Shown one piece after another: positions 36,350 through 44,084 of a stretch of 59,895 bases of DNA. Location: positions 1 through 59,895 of IMG/VR virus record IMGVR_UViG_3300011338_000749, one strand, 5' to 3'. Numbering within the stretch: position 1 is the first letter of the stretch; each line of letters begins with the position of its first letter. The position numbers and the translations under genes were made by a program. Source of the stretch: a virus. Its lineage: Duplodnaviria; Caudoviricetes. The notes under the pieces are model-generated. The model did no database searches and was not told the origin of the DNA. It was given only the letters and a program-made list of their open reading frames with translations.

Positions 36350-36420
36350 TTGCCATCCAAACACAGTACGACTTATAATCTTTTCACACATCCCGTGTAA
36401 CTCAAGAAAGGATAGAGCAA
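36350..36420 (+). promoter_or_regulatory. Early rightward promoter and leader
   Basis: TTGCCA-N18-TATAAT; ACAC/GTGT hairpin; GAAAGGATAGAG before ATG 36421. Confidence 0.7.
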
Positions 36421-36657
36421 ATGACTGTAAATAATGAGAACATCCACGATCTGATCCACGACTCGGCAGGCCATGCCACCGAGCTCCTGACCCACATGTC
36501 TTCCTTGACCGAGGACCCCGTAACAGCAGTCATTTCCCTGATGCTGGCCACCGCCGTCTTTGCCCGGTCCATGGACCTGCCCCTTGACGTCCTCCTAGGT
36601 GGCATAGAAGCCGCCTCCACTTCAATCCAGGAGGCTACCCACCATGCAGCCCACTAA
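36421..36657 (+). CDS. Early hypothetical protein
   Basis: First gene after the promoter, with SD. Confidence 0.7.
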   Translation: MTVNNENIHDLIHDSAGHATELLTHMSSLTEDPVTAVISLMLATAVFARSMDLPLDVLLGGIEAASTSIQEATHHAAH

Positions 36658-36868
36658 ACGCCTTGTAGGCCCCTCTGATGGCCCCAACCACTATCCTGTC
36701 CCGCCGTACGACACGGGCAAGGTCAAGATTGGCCTGTACTACACCCGGCCCTCCAACTGGTCCGCGAGCCGCGATTCATTGCTCTTGCAATCCGCCCTCC
36801 TGTCCACCCCCGCGAACCGTCCCTCTTTACTCGACCGCCTGATCACCTTTTTCCGGAGCCTTGCATGA
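36644..36868 (+). CDS. Early hypothetical protein
   Basis: AGGAGG SD; PYDTGKVKIGLYY motif. Confidence 0.7.
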   Translation: MQPTKRLVGPSDGPNHYPVPPYDTGKVKIGLYYTRPSNWSASRDSLLLQSALLSTPANRPSLLDRLITFFRSLA

Positions 36869-37158
36869 CCCCCATGACTAATCATTCCAAGGAAGGCCTG
36901 TTGGCCTTTGACTACGACTGCGACGAGCTCAACAGCACTTTGACCTGCTGGTTTGAGTACGAAGCCGCGGAGCGCGGTTCTCGGGAACCTTTGACCGGCT
37001 TGCAACTCGAGCCTGACTATCCGTCCACCTTGACGCTGCACCACGTCTACCTGCCCGGCTCCAACGTCGACATCGCTCCCCTGCTGTCCTTTGAGGTGGT
37101 GGCGGAGATTGAAACGTGGGTCGCGGACCAATTTGCTGGCCACTCGGAGGACTATTGA
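36865..37158 (+). CDS. Early hypothetical protein
   Basis: ATGA coupling; L.CWFEYE.AE.GS.E..TG...EPDYP. Confidence 0.7.
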   Translation: MTPMTNHSKEGLLAFDYDCDELNSTLTCWFEYEAAERGSREPLTGLQLEPDYPSTLTLHHVYLPGSNVDIAPLLSFEVVAEIETWVADQFAGHSEDY

Positions 37159-37159
37159 C

Positions 37160-37351
37160 ATGCTCAAAGACGAAATAAATCAAGTTTCGCGCAAATTTTT
37201 GCGCGAAACCTTCTTGGCAAGCTCACAAACCTACTGTTACTGCGGCGACGAGCAGACCAGCATTGGTTGCTGTAGCGAAAACCATTTTCAAACCTTTGCC
37301 GAAATGGACAAGCGCACGCAAGAAGAGTTTTTGGATGGGGAAATGCCGTGA
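37160..37351 (+). CDS. Small Cys-containing protein
   Basis: GGAGG SD then ATG 37160; YCYCGD....GCCSENHF. Confidence 0.65.
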   Translation: MLKDEINQVSRKFLRETFLASSQTYCYCGDEQTSIGCCSENHFQTFAEMDKRTQEEFLDGEMP

Positions 37352-37461
37352 TCTTAGACCTCCTCACCCTGTTCCTTATCCTGTCCGGCGCGCTGGCATG
37401 GTTTTTATTTTTCTGCTTTTATCTTTATATCTGGCTGACACAGTTAAGGGGGAAGAAATGA
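37348..37461 (+). CDS. 37-aa membrane peptide
   Basis: GTGA/ATGA coupled on both sides; MILDLLTLFLILSGALAWFLFFCFYLYIWLTQLRGKK. Confidence 0.55.
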   Translation: MILDLLTLFLILSGALAWFLFFCFYLYIWLTQLRGKK

Positions 37462-37745
37462 AACCAACACCCGGCCCTTGGAGGGCAGTAGGCGGCGCGA
37501 TTCGTCCTGAAAGCGCGAAAGGCTATACAGGCGGTTACGCGCCAATACTTGCAGCGCACCACGACAAGAGACTACCCGACAACCGCGAGGCAAATGCAAA
37601 GCTGGCTGCTGCTGCACCTGAACTACTTGAAGCCTTGCAGTGGTTGATGCGGCAAGTACCCGAGCCGAGCCTACCCGGAGACTACACAACGGGGTATCTG
37701 GCTGCGAAGGCAGCGATACACAAAGCTACTGGGAGTTTTAAATGA
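37458..37745 (+). CDS. Phage hypothetical protein (TPGPW...ANA.L.AAAPELLEAL family)
   Basis: Characteristic motifs; start ATG 37458. Confidence 0.75.
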   Translation: MKPTPGPWRAVGGAIRPESAKGYTGGYAPILAAHHDKRLPDNREANAKLAAAAPELLEALQWLMRQVPEPSLPGDYTTGYLAAKAAIHKATGSFK

Positions 37746-37984
37746 ACAGAGAAGACATTATTAAACTGATTGAAGACAATGGGTTGACTTTGCATGGAGA
37801 CATTGAGCATTTCGCCGCCCTCGTCGCCGAGCATGTTTACACCAAATATTTAGAACCACCTGCTCCAAGATTGACAGGTACGTTTTCAATCACTGCGGCG
37901 GGAAAGTTTAAATGTACAGGTTGCACAGGTACATGGGCAGACCGTGAAGATGCCAAACACCATTCATGTAAGGAATACCAATGA
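37742..37984 (+). CDS. Early hypothetical protein with CxxC/HxxC
   Basis: MNREDII...HFAALVA; ATGA coupling. Confidence 0.65.
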   Translation: MNREDIIKLIEDNGLTLHGDIEHFAALVAEHVYTKYLEPPAPRLTGTFSITAAGKFKCTGCTGTWADREDAKHHSCKEYQ

Positions 37985-38238
37985 CATATACAGAAGACCT
38001 GATTTTTAGACTGCGCGACACCGCCAGCCGGGGCGTATCAAGCTGGGGCGATTTGCAGCAAGAGGCTGCTGATGAGCTTGAAACGCTGATGAAGGCTGTA
38101 GCCGCAGAGCGCGAGGCGTGTGCGAAGCTGTGTGATGAATACGCGAACGGGCTAAAGCGCAACTTTTCCGAGATCATCGCTGACGCTATCCGAGCAAAGG
38201 GACAAGCCAGCCACCCAAGGGGGGAAATGAATGAGTGA
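37981..38238 (+). CDS. Early hypothetical protein
   Basis: EAADELE; AEREACAKLCD...AIRA motif. Confidence 0.7.
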   Translation: MTYTEDLIFRLRDTASRGVSSWGDLQQEAADELETLMKAVAAEREACAKLCDEYANGLKRNFSEIIADAIRAKGQASHPRGEMNE

Positions 38239-38422
38239 AGGACACCCAAAATTAACAGTGATCCCCTCATCTAACCAAAAAGCAATGGGGCAAGACCTGA
38301 TGGATAAATTGCGCGAAGTTATCAACGCGCCCGAGTATAACCACATGGCTACTGCAACCGTAATTGGCGTTTTAGAAATGACAAAACTGCATTATTGGCA
38401 ATGTAATTTAACAGAGGATTGA
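38231..38422 (+). CDS. Early hypothetical protein
   Basis: Coupled small ORF; ATVIGVLEMTK. Confidence 0.6.
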   Translation: MSEGHPKLTVIPSSNQKAMGQDLMDKLREVINAPEYNHMATATVIGVLEMTKLHYWQCNLTED

Positions 38423-38423
38423 T

Positions 38424-38744
38424 ATGACAAAAGAAACAGCAGCATTGAAGTTGGCGCTTGAGGCGTTAAAAGAAGCCCAAACAAATGGCGATGGGATGGA
38501 AAAGTGGGATAGAAATAAAAAAGCCATCACCGCCATCAAAGAAGCCTTGGCACAGCCAGAGCAGACACCATACATAACCACACCGACATCAACTCCGATG
38601 TGGACTATCCCACCACAGCGCAAGCCGCTGACGGATGAGGAGATTATTTTGATTGTGGCTGATTGCGCATCTTCTCATCAGCACACGGACATTCACTTTG
38701 CCCGAGCCATCGAAGCCGCACACGGCATTAAGGGGTTAATATGA
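38424..38744 (+). CDS. Early hypothetical protein
   Basis: LKLALEAL...AITAIKEALAQ...PLTDEEI...FARAIEAAHGI. Confidence 0.7.
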   Translation: MTKETAALKLALEALKEAQTNGDGMEKWDRNKKAITAIKEALAQPEQTPYITTPTSTPMWTIPPQRKPLTDEEIILIVADCASSHQHTDIHFARAIEAAHGIKGLI

Positions 38745-38962
38745 AATTGGAGGCACAACACTCAAGCGCTATCAACAAGACAATCAGACCAAAGGGTATG
38801 GACATAACCAAGATTCCAGCCGACACCAGAAAGTTTGTCGAGGCCGAGGCGCTTTCAATTTTTACAACCATGACTAACGCTGGCGCTTCATTGCAACAAA
38901 CACTGTTGGCAGTTTACTTGTCTGGCATGAGCGCCGCACACGGCATTAAGGGGGAGGCATGA
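38741..38962 (+). CDS. Early hypothetical protein
   Basis: ATGA coupling; ends AAHGIKG like the upstream gene. Confidence 0.6.
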   Translation: MKLEAQHSSAINKTIRPKGMDITKIPADTRKFVEAEALSIFTTMTNAGASLQQTLLAVYLSGMSAAHGIKGEA

Positions 38963-39186
38963 CAGACAAAGAAGTTGAAGACATCATCAGGTCAAACATG
39001 AATCTGCAAATGAACCTTGCTGGCATCCGAGCAGACTTTGAAGAAAAGTTACAGCGCACATGGGTTGGGCTGACGGATGAGGAAGCACAGCAGACGTTTG
39101 CAAAGCACAACTGCACTATCTCAGCTGACCTTGCGGGGATATTAGCCCGTGCTATTGAAGCCAAACTCAAGGAGAAGAACGCATGA
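38959..39186 (+). CDS. Early hypothetical protein
   Basis: RTWVGLTDEE...ARAIEAKLKEKN motif. Confidence 0.7.
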   Translation: MTDKEVEDIIRSNMNLQMNLAGIRADFEEKLQRTWVGLTDEEAQQTFAKHNCTISADLAGILARAIEAKLKEKNA

Positions 39187-39344
39187 CTAAATTTGGAGAC
39201 GCACCGATAAAAAGGGAGGGCGACACCGTTGACCCTGATGAATGTACATGGGAGTGCGACTGCGAGAAATGCCAAGCCAAGTACAACCAGTGGAAAGAGG
39301 CTTTTGATGCCCAACAGAAACAATACGAGGAGAAGAACACATGA
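39183..39344 (+). CDS. 53-aa CxCxxC protein
   Basis: Manual translation MTKFGDAPIKREG...ECDCEKCQAKYNQWK; ATGA coupled at both ends. Confidence 0.6.
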   Translation: MTKFGDAPIKREGDTVDPDECTWECDCEKCQAKYNQWKEAFDAQQKQYEEKNT

Positions 39345-39538
39345 AAACAACCATGCGGTGGAAAGAGTGGGGCGAGAACCACTGGGTGCTGATCACCAGA
39401 GAAGGGGAAGTGGTCGACGAGATCAAACGCGACAGCCAGTTCTTCTTTGTCTTGAAAAGCACCAGTAAGAGGTTTGTTGATATCAACAAGGCTAAGCAGT
39501 CTAGAAAAACAGGAGTAGATGATGGAAAACGGGATTAA
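39341..39538 (+). CDS. Early hypothetical protein
   Basis: AGGAG SD; coupled. Confidence 0.6.
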   Translation: MKTTMRWKEWGENHWVLITREGEVVDEIKRDSQFFFVLKSTSKRFVDINKAKQSRKTGVDDGKRD

Positions 39539-39782
39539 GAAGATTCGCCTTGAGATGGGCATGACCCAGCAAGCGTTTGCGGACATGTTGTCTTGCTCCC
39601 AAGGCAACGTGGGCCACTACGAGTTGCGCGATCAAATGGTCCCGCCGGAGGTGGCGAGGAAGCTTATTGCTGAAGCCGCGAAGCGCGGTTCGCGCATCAC
39701 CTACGAGGACATCTACGGCGCGGTAGCGGAACCCCTTATCCTGCCCGGTGCGCTGTCCCCTGTCTTCCTAAAACCTCTGTAA
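39519..39782 (+). CDS. Cro-like HTH transcriptional regulator
   Basis: IKKIRLEMGMTQQAFADMLSCSQGNVGHYE XRE-family HTH. Confidence 0.85.
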   Translation: MMENGIKKIRLEMGMTQQAFADMLSCSQGNVGHYELRDQMVPPEVARKLIAEAAKRGSRITYEDIYGAVAEPLILPGALSPVFLKPL

Positions 39783-39790
39783 GGACTGCT

Positions 39791-40207
39791 ATGAAAAATA
39801 TAGAGCACGATGTGCACGTCATCATCGCTGAGCTGGGTGCCCAGGCCCACGCAGTGATGACACCAATCTCTCTGAACGATCTGCGCATGGAGCGCAATGA
39901 ATACTTGGCCAACACCGCCTCTGATCTCTACGACCGGGTGGTGTACATGGTGCGGTCCGAGAAGCTGGAAAAAAATATCCCTGTGGACGAAGACGGCTAT
40001 GGGCCGGTGGTTGAAATTGAACTGCGCATGAACATTTTCAGTGTGTCCTCCTCCTTCTGGTTTGAAACGCGGCGCGAGCGGCAGGACAGGTTAAAAGTGG
40101 TCATCAACGAGTTGTTCTTGCTGGTCATGGACATGCAAAAGAACTACGACGATGTGGTCCGTGAAGAGGAAGAAGAAGAAAGGCAAGCCAATGCGAAAAA
40201 GGAGTAA
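39791..40207 (+). CDS. Hypothetical protein
   Basis: AAGGA SD; 138-aa ORF. Confidence 0.65.
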   Translation: MKNIEHDVHVIIAELGAQAHAVMTPISLNDLRMERNEYLANTASDLYDRVVYMVRSEKLEKNIPVDEDGYGPVVEIELRMNIFSVSSSFWFETRRERQDRLKVVINELFLLVMDMQKNYDDVVREEEEEERQANAKKE

Positions 40208-40694
40208 GTACCGGCCCAAGGGCTTGATCTATGACACCATGAACTACATCAAAAGCGGCATGAAGGTGGTGGGTGAGATCAGCGCTGGGACCACACTCAA
40301 GATCAAGAACCACGAGGCGCTCAAGCAGGTGTGCACGGGCCTCGGCACGCTACATGATATTGACACCCTGATCTGCGCATTCAACATCACCGAAGTCTTG
40401 TCGATGATGCGCATTGGGGATGATTGGAAGGACGAGATTCGGGCCGCGCAAGACGCGCTACTGGCGGTGGGACGCCGTGGCGCGGAGACTGGCAAGTTTA
40501 TTTTGCGCGGACCCGAACTCACCTCTTTCAATCTTGCCATGGAAATTCATGATGCACAGTTAGATGCCTGTACTGTAGCTGAATTGGAAAAAGCTATGGA
40601 TATTGTCATAGCGATAGTTAAAAACAAAAAAGCACGAGCGATTGTGCACCCAGTCCCCCGTCCAATTTTGGACATTGAAAACGCAGTTTTATAA
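40191..40694 (+). CDS. Conserved phage hypothetical protein
   Basis: Start ATG 40191 (MRKRSKYRPK); HDAQLDACTVAELEKA. Confidence 0.7.
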   Translation: MRKRSKYRPKGLIYDTMNYIKSGMKVVGEISAGTTLKIKNHEALKQVCTGLGTLHDIDTLICAFNITEVLSMMRIGDDWKDEIRAAQDALLAVGRRGAETGKFILRGPELTSFNLAMEIHDAQLDACTVAELEKAMDIVIAIVKNKKARAIVHPVPRPILDIENAVL

Positions 40695-40704
40695 GGAGAA
40701 CCCC

Positions 40705-41331
40705 ATGGCCAAGCCATTTGCATCGAGAACCCTGAAAGTAATGGAATATTTTCGTAAGAACCCTGACGCTGTTGTTTCGGCAGTGGCGGGGAAATTCAAC
40801 ATGGCAATTTCGACCGCCTACCAGCTACGTGCAAAGGTGCGCAAAGAAGAACCTGCCGCAGAGCCCGAGGCGCGCAAGAGGATTATTCTCGATCCTAAAC
40901 AAGAAAAGATTGCCCGGGCACTTGGTGTGCCCTTGGAAGAATACGTCAAAAAGGGGCTAGAGCTAGGCGCGCTGAAGTACGAAGGTGAAAAAGTTGTATT
41001 AAATACGGAGTGGCGGCTGCCAGAGTCACTCTGGAAATCACCGGAAGACAATCCTATCACAAATGTAGATGCGATCCTCGATTCGCGGGCCAAGGATTAC
41101 GGTAAGTTCATCGATGGTGCAGAGGTCATGCAGATGCTCAAGCGCATCGTGCACACCTACATTGAAATGCGGGACACGCAACTGGCTTTCGACCAGCGCG
41201 AAGCTTTGGACATGATCATCCACAAGATTGGCCGCATCATCAATGGCAATCCTGATAAGGCAGACCACTGGTTCGACGTTGCGGGTTACGCCACTTTGGT
41301 GGCTGAGCGCTTAGAGGGCAATGCGCGGTGA
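40705..41331 (+). CDS. HTH + scaffold-like motif + DUF6378-like (nucleotide pyrophosphohydrolase-like) protein
   Basis: AAGGAG SD; ILDSRAKDYG.F...EALDMI.HKIGRIINGNP..DHW.DVAGYA.LV C-terminal domain. Confidence 0.75.
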   Translation: MAKPFASRTLKVMEYFRKNPDAVVSAVAGKFNMAISTAYQLRAKVRKEEPAAEPEARKRIILDPKQEKIARALGVPLEEYVKKGLELGALKYEGEKVVLNTEWRLPESLWKSPEDNPITNVDAILDSRAKDYGKFIDGAEVMQMLKRIVHTYIEMRDTQLAFDQREALDMIIHKIGRIINGNPDKADHWFDVAGYATLVAERLEGNAR

Positions 41332-41618
41332 ACGCAACCCGCATCAAGCCAGAAGAAGCGCGGGCCAAGGTCCTCGCTGCTCTGCGCGCGCATGATTACA
41401 AAGGCAGCACCACGGATCTGGCCCGGTGGACGCTGCTGCCGGTATCTGTTGTCCGGCGCGCGGGCTTGTACTTGGCGTCGAACTTAAAACTGGACGCGAC
41501 GCGGGTCTCTGGCACGGGCAAGGGGGAGTACCTCTTCACCGTGCGCCAGCTTGATTTGTTTGAAGACCACAAGGCTCCGGCCACGCTGTGGCAGAAGATT
41601 AAGAGCGGGTTTAGATAA
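41328..41618 (+). CDS. Hypothetical protein, possible winged-HTH
   Basis: GTGA coupling; last gene before the terminator. Confidence 0.6.
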   Translation: MNATRIKPEEARAKVLAALRAHDYKGSTTDLARWTLLPVSVVRRAGLYLASNLKLDATRVSGTGKGEYLFTVRQLDLFEDHKAPATLWQKIKSGFR

Positions 41619-41641
41619 AAGGGCCCCGAGGGGCCCTTTTT
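41617..41641. terminator. Bidirectional terminator
   Basis: AAAAGGGCCCC-GA-GGGGCCCTTTTT between convergent genes. Confidence 0.85.
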
Positions 41642-42143
41642 ATTTGATATGCAGGCTCTGCTTTGCTTGCAGATATGCGGCGTGGGCCGCTTCAGGAGAT
41701 CGAAACATGCCCAAGCGATGCCGCACCCCGTTGGCGCTTATTTCGGCAGCAAAGACTCCGGGGTATTTTGTGACACAGGCTCCGCGAAGACCGGTAGTAC
41801 TGTTGCGCTGGGGCTTCAAGTTGTTCTGTAGATTTTCGGCGTTTGAAACGTCTCGAAGATTGGAAATCCGATTGTCTGAGCGATTGCCATTAATGTGATC
41901 AATAAAACCTGTAGGCCATGTTCCGTAATAGTGAGCAAACGCCACCCTATGTGTTCGAAGCAGACACTTATCCAACATCAAAATTCGATAGCCCTGGCCA
42001 TCAGGGCTCCCCACTTCCTTGCCCACATGCGAACGATTAGACGTCCGAATTTGCCACGTCAATACGCCCGTTTCAGGGTCGTAATTAAACGCCTCTCGGA
42101 GACGATCAGGGGCAGGGATAGAATATGTTTTGCGGCGTTCCAT
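41640..42143 (-). mobile_element. Free-standing HNH-AP2 homing endonuclease
   Basis: YDPETG; HRVAF...IDHINGNRSDNRISNLR; LG.F..PEAAH.AY AP2-like C-terminus. Confidence 0.9.
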
Positions 42144-42169
42144 AGTGACTCCTGTGGAAGGTTGAAGTG

Positions 42170-42198
42170 AAGGGGCGGTGTGTCCAGCACTGCCCCTT
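42170..42198. promoter_or_regulatory. Hairpin between polA and HNH-AP2
   Basis: AAGGGGCGGTG-N7-CACTGCCCCTT. Confidence 0.5.
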
Positions 42199-42206
42199 TG
42201 CGGATT

Positions 42207-44084
42207 CTACTTCATAGAATCACCCCAAGAGGTTCCAATCTCAACATCACAACGAGTAGGCACCTCAAGGCGCGCAGCTTGCTCCATGATTCGCGCCCCC
42301 TCCTCTGCCTCTTCCCGCGTGTTTACGCTTAGTACGATCTCATCGTGCACTTGAAGCATGGGCTTTAGCCCTGCCTTCCATAGCCCCACCATGGCTGCTT
42401 TGGTTTGGTCTGCGGCAGACCCTTGGATCAGACGATTCAGGCCCTTATAGGTGCCTGCGCGCTTGATCTTGGAGCCGTATTCAATCACCGCCTGTTCACG
42501 TGGCAGCGCTTTATTCACGCCCCACTCCATTGGCTCCCATAACGGGAACCGGCACTTGCGTCCGAGCAGCGTGCGGATGGCCCCGCCAGCCGCCGGGTGG
42601 TCAATCCGTTTCATTACGGCACTGACGGTGCCCTTAAGAAACGGGACGTTCTGGTGAAAGCGCGTGATCAGCTCATCTGCCTCATGTAGGGACAGGTCCA
42701 AACTGGCGGCGAGCTTGTTCTTACCCATGCCGTACATCAGGCCCAAGCCAATTGTCTTGGCCGCTTTCCGTTTAATGCCCGCCATGTCCGCAACCAATTG
42801 ATGAAAATCAGTGTTCGGATCGTTGCGGTAGGCGTCGACCATGGTGTCGGCCCCGGGCAGGCCAAGAAGGCTTGCATAGTGGACCAGTAGACGTGGCTCC
42901 TGTGAGCTGAAGTCATTCGACGCCCATAGCTGCCCCTGCTCCGGCAGGAAAAGGCCACGCACCATAGGGCCAATGATCTCATGCCGGGCAGGAATCTGTT
43001 GAGCATTTGGGTTGTTCATGGACAAACGCCCGGTGACCGTGCCGCCGTCATCCGACCGCATCTGGTTGACGTGGGGGTGGATGCGTCCGGTCTTGGCACT
43101 AAAGTCCATGTATGGCTGCAAAAACGTGTTGTGCGTCTTGTTGGTCTCGCGCGCCTCGATAATCATCTTGGCCAGCGGGTGATCGTGGTTGTCCAAGAAC
43201 TGCTTGGTGAAGCTCGGTAGGCCGTTCTCGGTCTTGCTGTACTGAATGCCCAAGCGGTCGAAGGCGTGGGCAATGGACTGCGCGGCCCAGATGTCGATCT
43301 TGACACCTGCCTGCTCTTTCATTTCCTTGAGCAACTGGTGCTCACGGGTGCGCATGCGGTCAATCATCAGGCCGCATTTGTCTCTGTCAAAGCGGATGCC
43401 CCGGCGGGTCATCTCCAGCAGCACCGGAAACACATCGGTCTCGACGGCGAAGATGGATTCAACCTCATCTTGGCGCATCTTAATTTTGAAGTGCTGCCAA
43501 AGCTTGAGCGTCAGTGCCGCGTCTTGCTCGGCGTACTCACCAACGTACATCGCTGGGAGTTTCCAGAGCTCCTTTTTAGGATGGACACCGAAATCGGCTG
43601 CGGCCTGCTTGAGGCCCTGCTCACTCTTGACTTCCTTGAGGTAGTCGAAACCGAGGGCATTGAGGCTGAAGCTGAATCGGTTTTCATCGAGGAGCGGAGC
43701 GGCGAGCATGGTGTCGTAGATGCGCCCGTTGATGGTAAATCCACTTCCACCCAGCCACCCGGCATCGTACGCGGCGTTGTGCATGATCTTGTCGGCGGGG
43801 GTGGCGAGGACGTCTTTGACCCATCGCTCCACCAACCTCTTATCCAAGTTGCCGCCACCGGCGTGAGCAACAGGGTAATAACCAGACCAACCTTCCACGG
43901 CAACGGCATATCCGACAATGAAACCGTCACCCCGAGGCCAGCCAGGACCAAAAGACTCCAAGTTGGGATCGCATGTTTCGAGGTCAATTGCTATCTCCTT
44001 CGCTGTGGATAAATTGGGGAAAGTTTCCGGAGCAACCCACTCTGTGGGGGTCGGGAAAAGCGGCATTGTTCTCGTTGTTTTCAC
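42207..44084 (-). CDS. polA: Family A DNA polymerase with 3'-5' exonuclease
   Basis: IDLET, HNAAYD, YAEQD exo motifs; DFSSQEPR, RKAAKTIGLGLMYG, QGSAAD, QVHDE. Confidence 0.95.
   Translation of the reverse strand: MKTTRTMPLFPTPTEWVAPETFPNLSTAKEIAIDLETCDPNLESFGPGWPRGDGFIVGYAVAVEGWSGYYPVAHAGGGNLDKRLVERWVKDVLATPADKIMHNAAYDAGWLGGSGFTINGRIYDTMLAAPLLDENRFSFSLNALGFDYLKEVKSEQGLKQAAADFGVHPKKELWKLPAMYVGEYAEQDAALTLKLWQHFKIKMRQDEVESIFAVETDVFPVLLEMTRRGIRFDRDKCGLMIDRMRTREHQLLKEMKEQAGVKIDIWAAQSIAHAFDRLGIQYSKTENGLPSFTKQFLDNHDHPLAKMIIEARETNKTHNTFLQPYMDFSAKTGRIHPHVNQMRSDDGGTVTGRLSMNNPNAQQIPARHEIIGPMVRGLFLPEQGQLWASNDFSSQEPRLLVHYASLLGLPGADTMVDAYRNDPNTDFHQLVADMAGIKRKAAKTIGLGLMYGMGKNKLAASLDLSLHEADELITRFHQNVPFLKGTVSAVMKRIDHPAAGGAIRTLLGRKCRFPLWEPMEWGVNKALPREQAVIEYGSKIKRAGTYKGLNRLIQGSAADQTKAAMVGLWKAGLKPMLQVHDEIVLSVNTREEAEEGARIMEQAARLEVPTRCDVEIGTSWGDSMK

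Noticed and set aside
39519-39782. Lysogeny module
   Set aside because: Lone Cro-like HTH; no CI, integrase or att context found
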